Positions 62,969 to 64,000 of a DNA stretch of 64,000 nucleotides are shown in pieces; position 1 is the stretch's first letter, and each line of letters begins with the position of its first letter. The notes below the pieces were generated by a model that saw nothing but the letters and a program-made list of their open reading frames with translations, ran no database searches and had not been told where the DNA came from. This DNA comes from Candidatus Vogelbacteria bacterium RIFOXYD1_FULL_46_19 (GTDB lineage Bacteria > Patescibacteriota > Minisyncoccia > Phycocordibacterales > XYD1-FULL-46-19): contig MHTK01000002.1 of assembly GCA_001824825.1 (NCBI GenBank), forward strand, positions 6,020 through 70,019. The letters are read 5' to 3'. The translations under genes and the position numbers were made by a program.

Positions 62969-64000
62969 TTATAGGCCAAAGAAACTCTTATCTAATATAA
63001 TTTTAAAAGATTTAGAAGCTCGTCTTAAGTTATTATTTAAGCTTGATACGAAGATTTCGACATTAGCCTCTCCTTGATCTGCCTTTTTTTGGGTGGTATT
63101 TAGGACTCGTGGGGTCTCGACATTAGTGACAATTGGTTCGCTGTTTATCCGCCAGGTGTAGGTTAAGTAATTACTGGCTACTTCACTCTTGGTAAAATAG
63201 TAAGGCTCGACGATAAACGACTCTTCCTCAGCTTTTGATTGGTAGGTCTCGGCAATAGCTTCACTCGCTACTACCCCAGCCAGAGGTTTTAAAGGGTAGA
63301 TGATGATCTCCGGCACTGTGACCGGAACAGTTATTTTGCGGTAGGCTGTTGCGTCGGAGGTAGGAGAGGTAACGGTTATTTCGATGACAGGGGCGTCGCT
63401 AGAGGCGGAGGGAGCAGTTATTTCAATATAGTCTTTACCTCGGCCTGATTGTTGGACTAGATTACGATAATTATGACGCCAAGTAAAAGTGAGTTGGCTA
63501 GAAGGGATCAATCGTCCACTGGTGGTAGTTAATTGAGGGATAGCCGTGAGGCGGACGCGGCTACCTTCGGTTACTAAAGGAGCTCCTGGGTAAAAAGGGG
63601 GTACATAGGTGTCGGCTTCCCATAAAATGTCGACCTCGGCCGGAATAAAGATTAGTTGTTTGGCGATGGCCCGTCCTTCTTTGGTTTTCACCGCCACGGT
63701 AATAACCGTGATTTCACCAAGTTTACCGGTGGTAAACTTAAAGCTTTTCTCGCCGATCCCCCGTTGTTGTTCTTTATTATTTAAAGCCCAAGCGATGGTG
63801 CTTTCGTTTAAGTCGTAACCATAACCCGCCAAGGTAATAGTGACATCTGTTTGGGGGCCCGGTGCTTTGGGTAAGACCGTAGCCACTAGACTGCCACCGG
63901 CAGTGGTTTCTTGATAAGCCTCGGCGAGGTGGCTGGGGGTGAGTCCGACTACCAAAGCCATTAAGGTGGTTAATATAATTCCAACTGCTGAATATTTCTT
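62969..64000 (-). CDS. Secreted hypothetical protein, N-terminus beyond window end
   Basis: The ORF stays open past 63961 to the window edge, with the upstream frame encoding a signal-peptide-like ...KKYSAVGIILTTLMALVVG. Thr/Val-rich beta composition. Confidence 0.45.
   Translation of the reverse strand, partial: KKYSAVGIILTTLMALVVGLTPSHLAEAYQETTAGGSLVATVLPKAPGPQTDVTITLAGYGYDLNESTIAWALNNKEQQRGIGEKSFKFTTGKLGEITVITVAVKTKEGRAIAKQLIFIPAEVDILWEADTYVPPFYPGAPLVTEGSRVRLTAIPQLTTTSGRLIPSSQLTFTWRHNYRNLVQQSGRGKDYIEITAPSASSDAPVIEITVTSPTSDATAYRKITVPVTVPEIIIYPLKPLAGVVASEAIAETYQSKAEEESFIVEPYYFTKSEVASNYLTYTWRINSEPIVTNVETPRVLNTTQKKADQGEANVEIFVSSLNNNLRRASKSFKIILDKSFFGL

Noticed and set aside
1-64000. rRNA operons, tmRNA, RNase P RNA, SRP RNA
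   Set aside because: Long non-coding stretches were scanned by eye for hallmark conserved blocks such as the tmRNA tag-reading frame, the RNase P GGAAAGTCCGG motif and the SRP GGAAGCAGCC motif, and none was recognised. A covariance-model search would be needed to exclude them.

Overview
This is a 64 kb chromosomal segment of a low-GC bacterium, about 40-45% GC with several short islets above 50%. The gene content suggests, with moderate confidence only, a reduced-genome lineage such as Patescibacteria or Saccharibacteria: a lone PilB ATPase, FemAB-type cell-wall enzymes, a giant surface-type protein, many DNA-repair genes and several small membrane proteins. The window starts with a partial thyA-folA-dcd operon and the rplK-nusG-secE cluster. 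It then runs through zwf, nrnA, an ATP-grasp gene, a 1444 aa giant protein, a secreted PG-binding/PKD/FW-like protein, a Ca/Na antiporter and a histidine-kinase/transporter/ATP-grasp/C39-like peptidase locus. The centre holds an ABC-F islet at tRNA-His, rplS, rluA-like, ruvX, rpsT, ruvA, femAB-like, a Mur-ligase-like gene, mutM and an xth-udg-ogt repair cluster, followed by polA, tsaE, pilB, ruvB-yebC-ruvC, tyrS and PBP1A. It ends at the replication origin region (dnaN, putative oriC, dnaA, rpmH, rnpA, yidC). I call seven tRNA genes (His, Leu, Val, Ser, Arg-TCT, Arg-GCG, Lys). No rRNA genes or CRISPR arrays were found. The main unusual signal is a recurring structured module immediately 3' of every tRNA gene. 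It consists of a trailer hairpin that incorporates an inverted copy of the tRNA's own acceptor/T-arm end, an inverted T-loop fragment, and a degenerate direct copy of the tRNA 3' end 135-220 bp further on. In three cases (His, Arg-TCT, Lys) anomalously GC-rich genes lie just beyond the module. Second is a compact locus of an orphan histidine kinase, a Cys-rich peptide, a DMT exporter, a PurD-like ATP-grasp and a C39-like peptidase. All calls rest on reading the sequence and the supplied ORF translations; no database search was run.
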